A stretch of DNA of 64,000 nucleotides from Ptychomitrium polyphyllum (taxonomy: Eukaryota), in the NCBI GenBank assembly GCA_973851085.1, contig OZ316775.1, positions 21,080,001 through 21,144,000 on the forward strand. Direction: 5' to 3'. Made by a program: the position numbers and the translations under genes. Numbering within the stretch: position 1 is the first letter of the stretch; the number at the start of each line of letters is the position of its first letter. Under the pieces are notes generated by a model, which worked only from the letters and a program-made list of their open reading frames with translations, did not search any database and was not told the origin of the DNA. This document shows, piece by piece, positions 46,962 through 60,300 of this stretch.

Positions 46962-49900
46962 CCTCTATTTGTAGGCCAAACACTCTAAGCTCACCCTTGA
47001 AGTACTTACCTTCAAACCACAACGACGGCTACTATGTGGTTCCTAAGTCCACTCCCTCATTTGTAGAGCAACTATCCTAGTTTTGAAGTACACGGCATTG
47101 GGCTACAACCTCAATGTTACCTAATGGAACCTCCTTGCATAATTGTGCACCCCACAGAAGTCAAATGGTCAGGGTATGACACCTGAGTTTGTTGGTTGTA
47201 CGAGTAGGCCTAGACTCTGGAGTCTGCATTGTGTGTTGCAGAGGGTTGAATAGATACAACATGGAGCTAGTAAAGTCTACTGCGGTTCCTGGCCCTCCTA
47301 GGTTATGATCACCCTTGCATGTGGTGAATTATCACAGGTGATCAGTGTCCTTGGAAAGCTTTTGTAAGTTAGCCCAATTGACAGTTTGGAAAAGAAGACT
47401 CACTCCTCAGCTGTTCTGCCTGAATTATGTATCCCGTTTTAAAATATTGCCTGGTGAAACCAAACTTCCAATATAATGGGTCCATGTATGATTGTTGCTT
47501 CATTTGCAAATTTCTCTGGCTTCAGAAGCTATCTGAAAGTCATTCAGGGTTTTTCCTTTGTTCCTTACCATACATAAGTTGCTATTTGCTATAACCTGTA
47601 AGCCTGCCCATGATGAACCTGTATTTTATTTCCAAGTTGACTTGACAACCATATCATGCTTTTCTTGACATGGTGGACACTGAGGACCACGCCAAAGGGC
47701 TTCAGCTAACTTATCAATGAATCATAGTTGCTTAAAATGAGTAGTCCCTAAAATTTGACTCTAACAAAAACTTCTCAAAGCCATAGGTCTTAAGAAGGTG
47801 AAATGCATAACTTACCTGTATGACAAGACTTTTTGGAATTTCTATAGCTGATGTGTAAGCTTGCATATGTAATTTTATGGAGGATTGTAATGAACAATAT
47901 AACAGTGGCTATAACATTGAAAACAAGTTGTAAAGCATGGTAAAATGGTGACCCACACAAGCAACCTTCTTATTCAATACCAGAAGTTTATCATTTACAA
48001 GAGAAAAGTGATATAAATATAGCTATGATGTCAACAAAGAAACAGAGAACCTTATGGTCCACTTAAGAATGTAAATTCAAAGCTGGAACCGATGAAAGCC
48101 ATAAAATTAATAAACAGCTCTTTACTAAAAAGTGGGAGCTCTTTTTGCAACCAAAATATTCCTCAATATATGAATATTGCATTTCATTAAGGTTCATAAT
48201 GCATCTAAAGTTTCCATTATTTTGATGTAGTTCCACTTCGCTTTCTACTTACATATTTTGTAATACGACTGTAATTTGCATCATTTAGCATTCATATTCA
48301 CTATTTGACTTCAGAGATTGATCATTTTAGAAAAATTTCAATCAAAAGTATGAAAACATGATATGTTTATCTTCAAATCTTTTGAACATTTTAACAGAGA
48401 TCATTCATTTTGTTATACATAGTTAAAGATAAGAAGTGGTTTACTTTACTAAATGCCATCTTACCATTGTTTGTTTATCATGCAAATGCAAAATATTTCT
48501 TAATACAAATGTTAGATTTTTAGGAATTCTTTGTATACAATTTTGAATATAATTTTGAAGGTTAGAATAATTTGATAATATTTAAATCCTTAGGAAATTT
48601 GGAAATACTTATTGCACAATTGCAATCACACTTCTGCATATTAATGTGTTGTAAAGAAATTTGAATTATTTTAAGTTGGTTAACAATAATATCTTTTAGA
48701 GTAGGATATTAGGTACATGTCATAGAAATTTGGTGTAAAAGTGATGCTATAATTGAGAAATTATAACATTTAATTTAAGAATAGTTTTCAAATTTTTACC
48801 ACATGTTTTTAGAAATTTTCTACCTTTGCTTAATACTCTTTCCCATATTAAAAATAAAGTTAGAAACTAAGTTTGATTTTATATAAAACAAGTTGAATTT
48901 TATTTTTTTAAAGTTTCAAAATTTTAAAATCTATAGATCAAAAGAAGTTGAGTTTGATATTTACATCATTTAAAAGTAAAATATTGAACATACTATAATA
49001 TGTGTTTTACTTAATTTTTTTGAAGTTTTATAGAAAATAAAAGTTCTAGCTTTCAAATTCCATCCATAGAATCAAATACCACCAAAAAAATTTGTAATTT
49101 TTATAAATAAAAGTAAAAGAAAGAAATTTGAATATTTATAAATTATATTTTAAAAAGAAGATTTTTTCTTTGAGTATAATTGCGGTTGGCTCTACATAAA
49201 TTTCATAGTTAATTGTGAATTTGAAAATTTAATATTATTTATATTCTTCCAATCACGTTTAAACTTGAGCTATTAAATTTCAATTTAATTTTTTATTAAT
49301 TTTTTTAAAATTTTGTTTTCATAAATTATATGTCCTTATATATGATGAATTTGTAGAATTCATTTTTATAGGTTAATTCACAATTTACCATCTATAATTA
49401 ATACTTTAATGGCTTTTTAATCAATGTATTGTTAAACATTGTTTTAAGCGTTTAATGAATTTGTCATTTTGTAAATTATATCAAATTTCACCATCATCTA
49501 TTTTATTTTACTTCTTAAAGATCAAATTTTTAAACATCTGCTAATATATATGAATATGATGATTATCAACTTGATTCTAAAGAAGTTTGTCTCTAAAAAC
49601 ATACAATTTAGATATCCGTAGTTTACATTTGGACACCTTTATTATTGATGCAATCACTTGTAAGTTGCCTTTTTAATTTAGGAATCAATATTGGAATTTT
49701 TAAATTATAAAATATCGAATAATTATTAAGATTTTTTAATTTGGTATTGCATAAATATTTTTTTCTTTAATAATGGAATTATTCATAATGAAAAGATACT
49801 AATATTAAGGTTTTTATTGAATTTTGACTTTTTAATAAACTTTAGATTATCAAATAGATGGAAAACTTGGTGCCAATTTAATAGACTAGAACTTCAAATT

Positions 49901-52309
49901 TATCCTTATCCAAAAGAGGTTAAAGGTTTTTAATTTTTGTATCATTGACAATTAATTAATGATAATAATGCCAAAAACTTAAGCCAAAATTCCATTGGAA
50001 TGTGGGCATTTATTTCTGAGTTTTTTTATAATACTTTTTTTGATTAAATTACTAAATATTCTTATTATTTTAAGTTCTCCTAAAAAATATCATTTTGTTT
50101 GCATATAGCACAGAAAGCCCTATAAAGAGTAAATTGCCTTAAATATAAGATACATTGAATAGGGTGTTTAATTTTTTCCTTAATAATTTCTTTACATGCT
50201 ATGTGATATAAGTGTTTGTAAATTTTCAAATACAAACATATAGTGGAGAATCTAAATATTTCTAAATATTTTTAAAAAAAAATGAGACTTTAATTTAAGT
50301 AGTCAAATTTACTCTAACCATTATTGAAATTTCAAAAAATTCATGACTATTAGTTTATTTATATACTTGTGCAATAATGAACTATTTTGAACTAAGTTCA
50401 AAAATCAAGTAAGATTCTAAATTCATGATTTTCTTAAGTTAACAACTTTTGTCACGCTTTATAATAAGAATCTTGAGTTAATAACACATTTGCATAATTT
50501 TTAAGCAATTTAACAAGGTTCTTATTAATGCACCATCTTTATTTTCATCTTCAATTTTTTTAATTTTAAAAATAGGATTTTAATATTATTTAAGTCTTAA
50601 ATGAGCAAGAATATTAAGTCTAAAAATATGATTACTTGTTAATTTGAAACATTTTAAGATCCAAGAACCTTCTGCTTGAAACTTTAATGATCCATCCAAT
50701 TTCAAATCATAATACATTGTGTAAATTTAGAATGATGATAGATAACAAATACATGTAGAATATTTTTAACTTACCATACAATGCTTTTGAGGTGATTAGT
50801 TGAAACATTCACGTACTTAAATATTTTGCTAAAAAATACAAATCTATACAACATTTCATATTTAATGAACATAATGTTCTATATAATCTTGAGATAAACT
50901 CATTGTAGGTGATATAAATTAATTTGGAGCTATTAAGTTGCATTGATTAAATTGGAAGATTGTAATATTTTAATTGCAAAAATGATTCATACATTGGTTG
51001 GTGGCAGAATGGATTTGAAATCTTTATTGGTAGGATCATTCTAATACTTTAATTATTAGTTAAGCAATAATACATATTACCATTGTCTTGAATATATATA
51101 GATACAAAAAAAAACCTTTAACAAGAATCTATATATTCAATAATGGCTTTGCAATATCAAATAAGGTCCATAATTTTTAAAACAAAAGAAATTCAAATTT
51201 GAATCCACTATATTATAAAATTCTTGCCAATTCTTTATAATATCTTTACAATATTCTCAATATACAATAAACACATGTCACAAAAAATAAATTTTATTTA
51301 GTATTTAATCCAATATTTAAATTTTCTTTTAAAACAAGACAATAAATGAAAGAAAAATAATTTTTAAAAGCAAGGCTATAAATCCTTTAAGAAAGAGCTT
51401 TTAGAATTAAAATGTTTTATTTGAGCTTTTTGTGATTAAGTTATGAACTTCTAAAGTTGAAAATTTTAGGTTTAGTTATTTTATTTCAATATGATTAACA
51501 TTCTTTTTAAAGAATGTTATATTAACTTCATTTTTGAAATTCAACTATTGTTGGAGCTCTAAGCTTTCATACTTGTTTATGGTTATTATTTTTAGAATCT
51601 ACACTCTTTTTAAAGCCTATTGCATTTATAAAAGAAAATTTTCATAAACCAATTATTTTTGCAAAGAAAAATAATACATATAATCCTGTAATAGAATGGA
51701 ATCTCAATGTCCTATGTGAAGATTGTAGTTTCATGAACTAGATGAAAAACATTAATGTATATTATTGTCCAAATTTGTAACATTTGAGCATAGGATGCTA
51801 ATTTTGAAAATCTACATTAATTAAGAAATTTGCATGTAATTATAATTGAGCAAATGTATTCATTTAAAAAAATAAAATTATAATATGATAATAAAAGTTA
51901 TAAAAAATATTAAAAAGCCCATTTTTTAATTTTAAGATTTCAATTCAAATAAATTTAGCCAATAATTTAGAAATAAATAAAAAATTGTTGCATTGGGTAC
52001 TTTCAATAAAAAATAGCATTGGTCTAATTTTTTTGGTTTTTGCAACTAATATATAGTCAAGTGGGCTTTAAAGATTTAATATCTCATTACAACATTTGAT
52101 TTGAAATTTACAAATTTAAAATGTTTATATCAGCTAAATGAATGTAAAATTTATGTTTTTGTTAAGTAATATTTCTACCAATATTTCAAATTTGAAATCA
52201 CATAATCACTCAATTAAAAATTAGTTAAATAAATGATGAAGGTTTTTTTTTTACTACATGTGACCTTTACCATCAAAAATTAAAATCATTTTTTTGCATA
52301 AAATACTAC

Positions 52310-53075
52310 TAGAACAATTTAAAGTCATTGTTACTACTTTTAATTGATTTTAAAGCAAATAATTTTTATTGTCACCATTTGAATAATTGCCTTTAAAACA
52401 ATTGATCTTCACCATTACTATTTCAAGATACTACATAGCAATTACCATTCACCACTTTCAATTGGCTTTAGAAGAATTAAAATTCACCATTATTATTTAA
52501 ACAACATATCTAATGGCAACTTAACATTCATAATTAGTACTTTCAAACTGTTAGATAACAATTAACATGCACCATTACTACCTAAACAATTAACTTTGGC
52601 TATAAAAACAATTAACATTTACCATCAATACTTTCAACTAGCTTTAAAAGCACCAATTTTTATTATAATGGAAGCTTCCAAAGTTCCAAAATAATCTTTA
52701 GAATGATATAAAACTTGAAGGGGTTATATTTGTCAAAAATAATTGTCATGTTTTTGAACTTATAAAATAACTTTTTGTCAATAATAAGCCAAAACATCTA
52801 AAAGCCATTGGATTTGCAAGTAAAGAATTTCTGAAATATATAATTTAGCTGAAGTCAAGATCAATTTCTTAATCTTCACCGTAATCAATATCAAACTTAT
52901 ACTTAAAAGAATTGATAGATTCAATAAAAGATCATTGAATATGTCATTTAGTTTTATTCAAATTGAATTTGAACATGTTGTCACTATTTCATTACAATGA
53001 TTAAAACAATTTGCATATACAATCACTACCTTTTGTAGGCTTTAAAAATTTAACATTCACCATCCCTATCTTCAA
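52310..53075. repeat. Degenerate ~40-bp AT-rich tandem repeat (consensus approx. AAAACAATTAACATTCACCATTACTACTTTCAATTGGCTTT)
   Basis: Recurrent ACAATT-AACATTC-ACCATTACTA-CTTTCAA words at ~52395, 52473, 52518, 52558, 52605, 53003 and 53043. Confidence 0.6.
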
Positions 53076-54568
53076 GTGCTTATTTTTATTTAAAGTGTTT
53101 TACTTCTCTTTTGATTTGCACTTCATTATTTGATTCATTAAATTATATATGGATACTCTTTAGTAATTTGTTTTAATAAAAGTTTGCATAGCTTATCATG
53201 CATCCATAGAATAAAAAATTTAAACTCTAGAACTTAAAAATTGCTTTACAATGCTTTATCTCCCAAGACATTATAAAAGAATAATGGTAGATTTTTACTG
53301 TTTTACAGAATAATGTTACATAAATTCTGTTTTTAATGCAAAAATCACATTTTAATGCTTCTGTTGCAAATAATGCCCTCGGGCACCTTACTTATTGATA
53401 AAATTCAGATTATTAGAATGACAAGGCCCTTGGAAGTTACCCTATAAACTAAACCTCAATTTTAATATAAATTCATCAAACAAATAAATTAAGTCTTGAA
53501 CTTGGACACATGTCTGGCTGGCACCTAAGTTAGGTTAACACAGTTAAAGAGGAATTCTCACTCATCATGGTGGCTGTACAAACGAGGAGGGATGAGAAAA
53601 TATGGGACTTGAAGGGCCTTGAAGAAAGGAATGATAAACAGTTTAGGACGGAGGCTAGGATTAGGGTAGTTCAGTGGCTGTCTTTATGAGGTTGCCATCC
53701 CTGGGATTCCTGTAATTAAGGCTTTGTCTCATCGGTGTTACCGTAAGATGTGCTTAATTAGTGTCGCAGTACAAATTTAGCTCCGTAGCTTCTCTCTCAA
53801 ATGGAGGCGGCCTGGGCTGCATAAGAGGCTTGCCCGTGCTGCCTACTTAGACCGGACCCGACCACGTCCGTGTTGTTTGCCCATCCTCGTCCTCTATGTA
53901 ATGCTCACCCAGAACCGTTAACTAATAGATCAACTTTCTGAATTCTACGCCACGCATAGATAGTGCAACTGTTGTGTATAGCGTCGGTTTTGTACATCCT
54001 TCCTCTACCTTCCCAAGACTTCACTTTTAGCTCTCTCTGCTTTAGAATGTATACTTTCTCGAGCGAGGATGCAGTTTGTGAACTTGAGTAGGAACTACTA
54101 AGCAAAAGCAGCAGTGTAAGAGGAATGTGTTTTACTTCTTGGTTGTGAACTACATTACGAGAACGGGAACTTACTCCACCGATTTAAGTTAGTACTAGGC
54201 TAAGCGGCTGGTGGAAAGTATCCTGCGCAGGCTGCTCTGGCCAGCTCATGTCAGGCTGCCAAACGTAGGGAACCAAAAGGGTCCAAAGGCTGTAAGATCG
54301 ATCAAATTTTAAAGACGTCTTCGTTAGATCTGCTGAGGATCAAGAGCCTAGACGTCGGAGTGTATCGTGTGGTATTGTTCGGCCAGTCATGTTGCAGGCA
54401 GGCTAGTAGGCTGTAGCTATCTAGGAAGTCGGCGAGTTATTAGAGGTTCTCGTGAGTCTGTGGAGTGATGTATTTAGTGAGTGTTGTTAGCTGCTTGCGA
54501 GGGCGAGCATCGAGGTAAGGGGAATTTTAACGAGAGAATGAACAGGCAGCTTCGATATCGGCTGCAGC

Positions 54569-56587
54569 ATGCTCTGCGCTTGCAGCCTGCCCAGTGCTTG
54601 CACATCAAAGTCACATTCGCAAAGTTCGTCGCCGAAAAGCTTCGGCTTGGCAGCCAAGGAGGATGTGGGCTCTCTACCTCGCAGGCAGTGTACTATTCGG
54701 GGAGCATTTGTTCTCGCAATCGTTTGCATTGGGTGCATTTGGTGGCCGCTCAGCTTGGTGTACGCGGAGGCACAAGCAGGTTGGAGCTTCGTTTACTTTT
54801 CTTTTTTCAGTCAGCAGTGGCTTACAGCGCGTAACCTGTGTAAAAGGCCTCGGTTGCGAGCGGTAGAGGACGACGTGCTCTGACAACTTTGCATTTCTGT
54901 CTACATGTGGCTGCTTCAATTGATGCATTGCCAACACTTCTTGGTGCAGGTTTCCAGAGTTTCCTTCCGTATCATGGAGCTGAAACGTACAGCTCGAGGG
55001 AGCTCAGCACGGAAGGGTTACTCGTACACGACGTTACTGAGCAGAAGAGCAGCGCTGAGAGAAGATCCAAGTTTCGACCTCGCAAGTTGCTCCGCCAAGG
55101 TATTCCAAAAATCTTCTTGCTTCAAGGTTGACATGCATGCGTACGGCCTTCGTTTTCTAGTATAGTTTTTAACACGCAGCAGCACATCCGGCTACCTTGG
55201 AATTCAATTTCCATAGTGCCGTGTTTGTTTGTTACGTTGTCCGACGGCAAAGAAGCTTTTGCTCTATGAATGCGTACAACAGTCGTGCATTCCCACATTC
55301 TTTGTGGACAGTTCATTCTTCTATTCTTAAGTCGAGTATCTTGACAGAGCGTTTTTCGTCACACGCTCGCTCTTGGGGGTTGCTTGCTTGAGTTTTGTTA
55401 GGTTTCCACATTAACATGTCCATGAGCTGTGGAGTCTTGATCCTTATGTAGGTCAGGTAGATATGAGACGCCGTTACGCGCTAGAATTCTTGACGACGAG
55501 CTTGCGCATTCTTCTAGTTTACCATAGCTCATAGAAGCCTGATCATTGTCACTTCAAAGAAGTCATGAGTCAGCATTCTGTTGCCACTCAGATCCCATCA
55601 CAATTTTCAAGAAGATACAGTAGTAGTCTCATAAAGGGTGGATTTTCCAACATCATAAATTCGCAAGATGGTTGCTGAGCAGTTGCTTTGTTTTCTCTCT
55701 TTCTTGGAAAAAAAGAGCTGCATGTAATGTATACTGTGATTCGTCAAGGTAGTTTCCGTACATACAAGATAGAGTTATGGCTCTGAAATAGCAATAAGCA
55801 GTTTCGTCATGATTAGGGCCATGCGCGGGCTCTTTCTCCAGATGATAAAGTATTTTCTATAGTGAATAATCACCTGAAGTCACCTGGATGTTTGTGGATA
55901 TCTCTGGTGTCCCAAAACGTGGAATAAATTTTATTCAATTATTCTTGCTTAAAGATGTGTGTGATTCCATCCGTTCTTGTAATGCAGGCCCTGAGAGTGC
56001 GAATGACTCAACAAAAGAGTTGTATTCAGAGGTGCTGTCAGACTTTTCGCCGGAAGGAATGCAGCTAAGTTCAGGCTATGACAGATTTCCTGGAAGAGAC
56101 TCGCATCCCAACCGGCGAATGTTGATACCAGCTACAAGTAAGTTTATGATCCCTTTTGATGTGTTCAGGTCGGTGTTAGATAGTTGTTTGTCAAAGCGGG
56201 TAGTCGAGAACTCTGTTTGACGGCTATGGGGAGGCTACGTGAGCAGAGGAATAATGTTGGTGCATGTGTGGCGTTATTGCAGATGTGTGCACCAACAAAG
56301 ACATTAGCATTTCCCAGGGCCCTGATGGTTCTTCTGGCATACCACGCTATTTCGTGCAGATAGTGAACACTTGCATGTCTGACTGCGCTCCGTCACAAGT
56401 CCATGTATCCTGTGGCTGGTTTGCGTCAGCCTTACTAGTCAATCCTAATACCTTCCAACGACTAGCATATAATGATTGCCTCGTTAATGGAGGGAAACCT
56501 CTTCAGTACGGGGTAATTGTGAGATTTACGTATGCGAACTCCTTCATGTATCCTATCAGATTTAAATCTGCTAGTTTTTGCAGATAG
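54569..56587 (+). CDS. TAPETUM DETERMINANT 1 (TPD1)-like cysteine-rich secreted protein, isoform A; exons 54569-54779, 54950-55099, 55988-56137, 56283-56587
   Basis: Hydrophobic signal segment (GAFVLAIVCIGCIWWPLSLVYAEAQA) and a pro-region with RKLL/RRML. The C-terminal domain CTNKDISISQG..GIPRYFVQIVNTC..C..VHVSCGWFASALLVNPNTFQRLAYNDCLVNGGKPL..FTYANSF..C matches the TPD1 family (CGWFSS..INP..F.R..YDDCLVN.GKPL..YAN). The start codon is the least certain part. Confidence 0.9.
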
Positions 56588-57088
56588 ATTCCCTGAAAAC
56601 TAGTAGCGCAGGAATGTTTTGATAGTCGACGTTTTTTGAAGATTGTAACGCCGTCATTCATGCAGTATTTTGAAGTCACGTTGATTTTGAGGGGCTTTGT
56701 CGGTTCGAGTAGAGAGTTCATTAGTCGCATTGTGCAGATCATACATTGTAGCAGCGACGATCGCCAGTCTCGAACACGCTGACGTCTAGAGCAGTGATGT
56801 CATGAGCTGTTGGAGAGACTGAATCCAATCAATACTTTGTGAGATAATTACAAATATTTTTCATATTCCCGGCTGTTTTCACTGAGACGATTCACAATTT
56901 TGTCTTGACCATTATTTGATAACTTGGGATGCATTGATGCATCGCCTTACACTCCACTAATTTGTTATCTAGTGAGAATGCACGAACTGAATGTAAGTGC
57001 TGCATGCTTTCACAAGGGAGAAACCTCCTGCTTAATATTGTCAACCGAAGGAATAATCAGGTGTCCATGTTTGTGGTGGCTATTGCAG

Positions 57089-57393
57089 ATGAATGCACCA
57101 ATAAAGACATTAGCATAACCCAAAGACGTGATGGCTCACCAGGAATGCCTCGGTTCAGTGTCCAGATAGTTAATACGTGCGTGTCTGATTGTCCCCCAGC
57201 AGACATTCACGTCTTTTGTGGCTGGTTCGCATCGTCCCCTCCTCCCAACCCCAACACTTTCCAACGCCTTTCTTACAATGACTGCCTCGTAAATGGGGGC
57301 CGCCCCCTGGGCCACGGAGCCATCATCCAATTCCAGTATGCCAACTCCTTTATGTATCCAATCCGGTTCCGATCGGCCAAGTTTTGTAGATGA
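57089..57393 (+). CDS. Second, duplicated TPD1-domain terminal exon (putative alternative last exon, isoform B)
   Basis: 305 nt, the same length as exon 56283-56587. It has an intact acceptor (TATTGCAG|AT) in the same phase 1, an open frame to TGA, and all six Cys retained. Confidence 0.85.
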
Positions 57394-60300
57394 GTACAGT
57401 GTGTAACTCAAAGGTGGTAGACACTTCCCTGCTGTGGTACACACAGAAAACATATTAACATGATCTGGGAGGTCACTCAACTCCTGGACTAAATTATATA
57501 TGTCAATATTATGACCGCTTGAATGTGAGTCTGTCTCTGATTGTATGTTGATTGCTTTTGGACCAATGGAGCGGACGGATCTGTCTGGCAAGAGCACTTG
57601 CATACACCGTGCACCAGGTCTTTAGAATGCTGGAACAGGGACTCTGCGCATTGAGGAGTAGCTTCAGGCGTTCAGACTAATGATTTGGTATTGATGGGGA
57701 TGATGATTGAAGGAGACAGTAAAGGACCTTTGTAGAAATGTTGTTGTAAGAGGCCTGGGGTTGACAGGCAAGAAAACTTTGAAATCATTTGCTTCATTCA
57801 AATCTCTGATCCAGGTTGTGCAGTCGAACTGGATTACTGGCTGTGTTACTTTAGAAACCTCCACTGAAAGAGAAGCACAACTTTGCCAGTTCGTCTGATC
57901 CATAACTTAAGCTTCAAGAATTGTCAAAGCTGATTCTCTTCTACTTTCTGCAAAATTAGCTCTGTACTCTACCGCAGTTTAAAATTAGGGCTCCGCAGGA
58001 TATGAAATCTAGCGTTGGTGCTTCTAACCATTAGCCAAACACAAACCAAACAAATCTCATATAGGGAATTCTTAATTAAATTATATGATATAGAGTAAAA
58101 ATGATCAAATTGAACAAAATATGCTATTATCTTCAAGGGAATGAAAAGGTAATCAAATTTCTCAAAGAATATTTAGGTGTTTCTTATTTGAGTGGCTCTT
58201 ATGAATGTTTCTCATATATGAAGAATTTTAGCCTTTTTTGGAATTATTATAATATCATTTCATTATAGTCTTCTTATTATATATTATATGTAATATATAG
58301 TATATAATATATAACAAAAACTTATAGTCTTCTTACTTATATTACAAAAATAAGGGCTTTTTGTATATGATGATATATTTCTTTATTTCATATATAATAA
58401 CTTTAGTACAAATTATAATGGATTTTTTCTTTTTTATAATATTGTCATTTTGTACATACTTTTAATGCTCTATTTTCTTCTAGATATTTATGTATGTGAT
58501 TCAAAAATCTTGAATTTTGAGCTTAAACTTTTCTATTGATGCTTCAAAATATGAGAGGCTAAAAGCAATATTTTTCATATTTTAATACATTTCTACAACC
58601 TTAGATTAAAAATTTTGAGCCCAATTTGGGCATTAGAAAGTTTGGCCTTGGGTCATAAGTTTAAGTTTCTTTCTTTAGGAAATTAAAAGTATTTAAAAAT
58701 TAAAAAATCATGTTTTATAAAGATCATTCTTCATAAAATATGAATATCTTTTGTAAACAATAAAAATTTATTAGGGATATTAAGAAAATAAAATATTCTA
58801 TAATTCAAATGAATAAATTTTATGCATATTCTTCTAAACATATTTATTTAATTATTAAATAACCTTTAATTATATTAAAAAATAATTTGAAGGTTTACTA
58901 AAATACAAAGATAAATAAACAAATTCTAAGAAACTATTTTTTCATTAAAGAATTGCATTTTCATTTGTTTTTGGATCAAATCACATTTTATATGTTTAAA
59001 TGGATTAAATCATTGCCTTTTGTATGTTCAAATGCCTCCTTTAAAAAATACATGAATGAAAAAGTATCACCTTTTTTATTTGCATGAAAAAAAATTATAC
59101 AAATTTAAATTACCATAGCCTCTTTTAAGGTCAAAAAAACATTTGCACATACAAAAAGAAACTTAAAATAATTAAAAAATATGTTAAAGAATATCCATAG
59201 AATATAGATATTAGATTAGTTTCTTAAATTGTAAGAATTTTTTTATAATATTATAGCCTTCAATAATACAATTATATGCCAAAAGTACAAGGAAGTGGCT
59301 TCTTTAAGGTTATTGATCCTTAATTATAAGGTTTAGCTACAAATTTTTAAATTTTTTGAAAAAATTATGATTTTATACAATAGTAGAGCTCTTTATGACA
59401 CTCTCTATCATTCAGTGCTACCATAGCCTATATTAATTACGGCCTTCATATGACAAGACCTGTTAGAAATGAAAACTTTAAATCTCTAAAGACATATTAT
59501 TCTATGTTTACTAAATTTTTTTAATTGGTTGGGCTCTTTTGTTGTTTGGCGCAAGTTCAAATATATTGATAAAAGCATTGTTATTTTAGGCATTTTTATG
59601 ACCTGCAATTAAATTTGATAAGTTGAAATTCTTCAAGCCAAATTTTGAAGGTGTTGCATTAATCAAGATGTTTTTTTTTGTGTATATGAATTTTGACAAA
59701 TTTTTTAATTACTATTTTTTTTTTCCTTCATTTTTTTATCTTCCAAGTTTTTTTTCCTTGATTCAAGTTAGGGTTAAAATGTTTATTAATAAATTTGTAT
59801 ACAAATTTGTATGAAATTCTTTCATAGAAACATACTTGTTTTTTTAGAATGCTGTACATTTATGTTAAAAAGAATGCATACATTTTGATGTTTTAGTGAC
59901 TAATATACAATTTTCATATTGCATTTCAATTTCAAGTTGTTTCATCCTAGTGAACTGATACAGAATTGTCATGTCATAAATTTGACTCTATCACCATTCC
60001 AATGCACTTGATGATAGATGATTTGGAGTATTTTTGAGGCCATAGGAGTATCCCAAAATTGAGGAAAATTGGTCTAGAAAAAAACACTGGCTTTGGGTTT
60101 ACTGCAAGCTTCATGTGCTGGCAAGTGACACCTGACAAAAAATTTACCAAACATTAAAAAACATGTTTGCACTGCTATGGAAAAATAACAACTTCTGCTC
60201 AACTGGCTCTTTGAGCTACCAGTTTGACCATAGGCCCTCAATTCACACTTCAATCATACAAATGTTGACAAATATAGTTAGCCTCCAGTGTAAAATATAA

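Noticed and set aside
47306..47344. Hairpin TGATCACC..GGTGATCA as miRNA precursor
   Set aside because: Only ~39 nt with a large bulge, too short for a plant pre-miRNA.
56962..57088. N-terminal part of ORF 56962-57393 as the start of a standalone second TPD1 gene
   Set aside because: It has a non-ATG start and no signal peptide, and its 3' part is homologous to the intron/acceptor preceding exon 56283.
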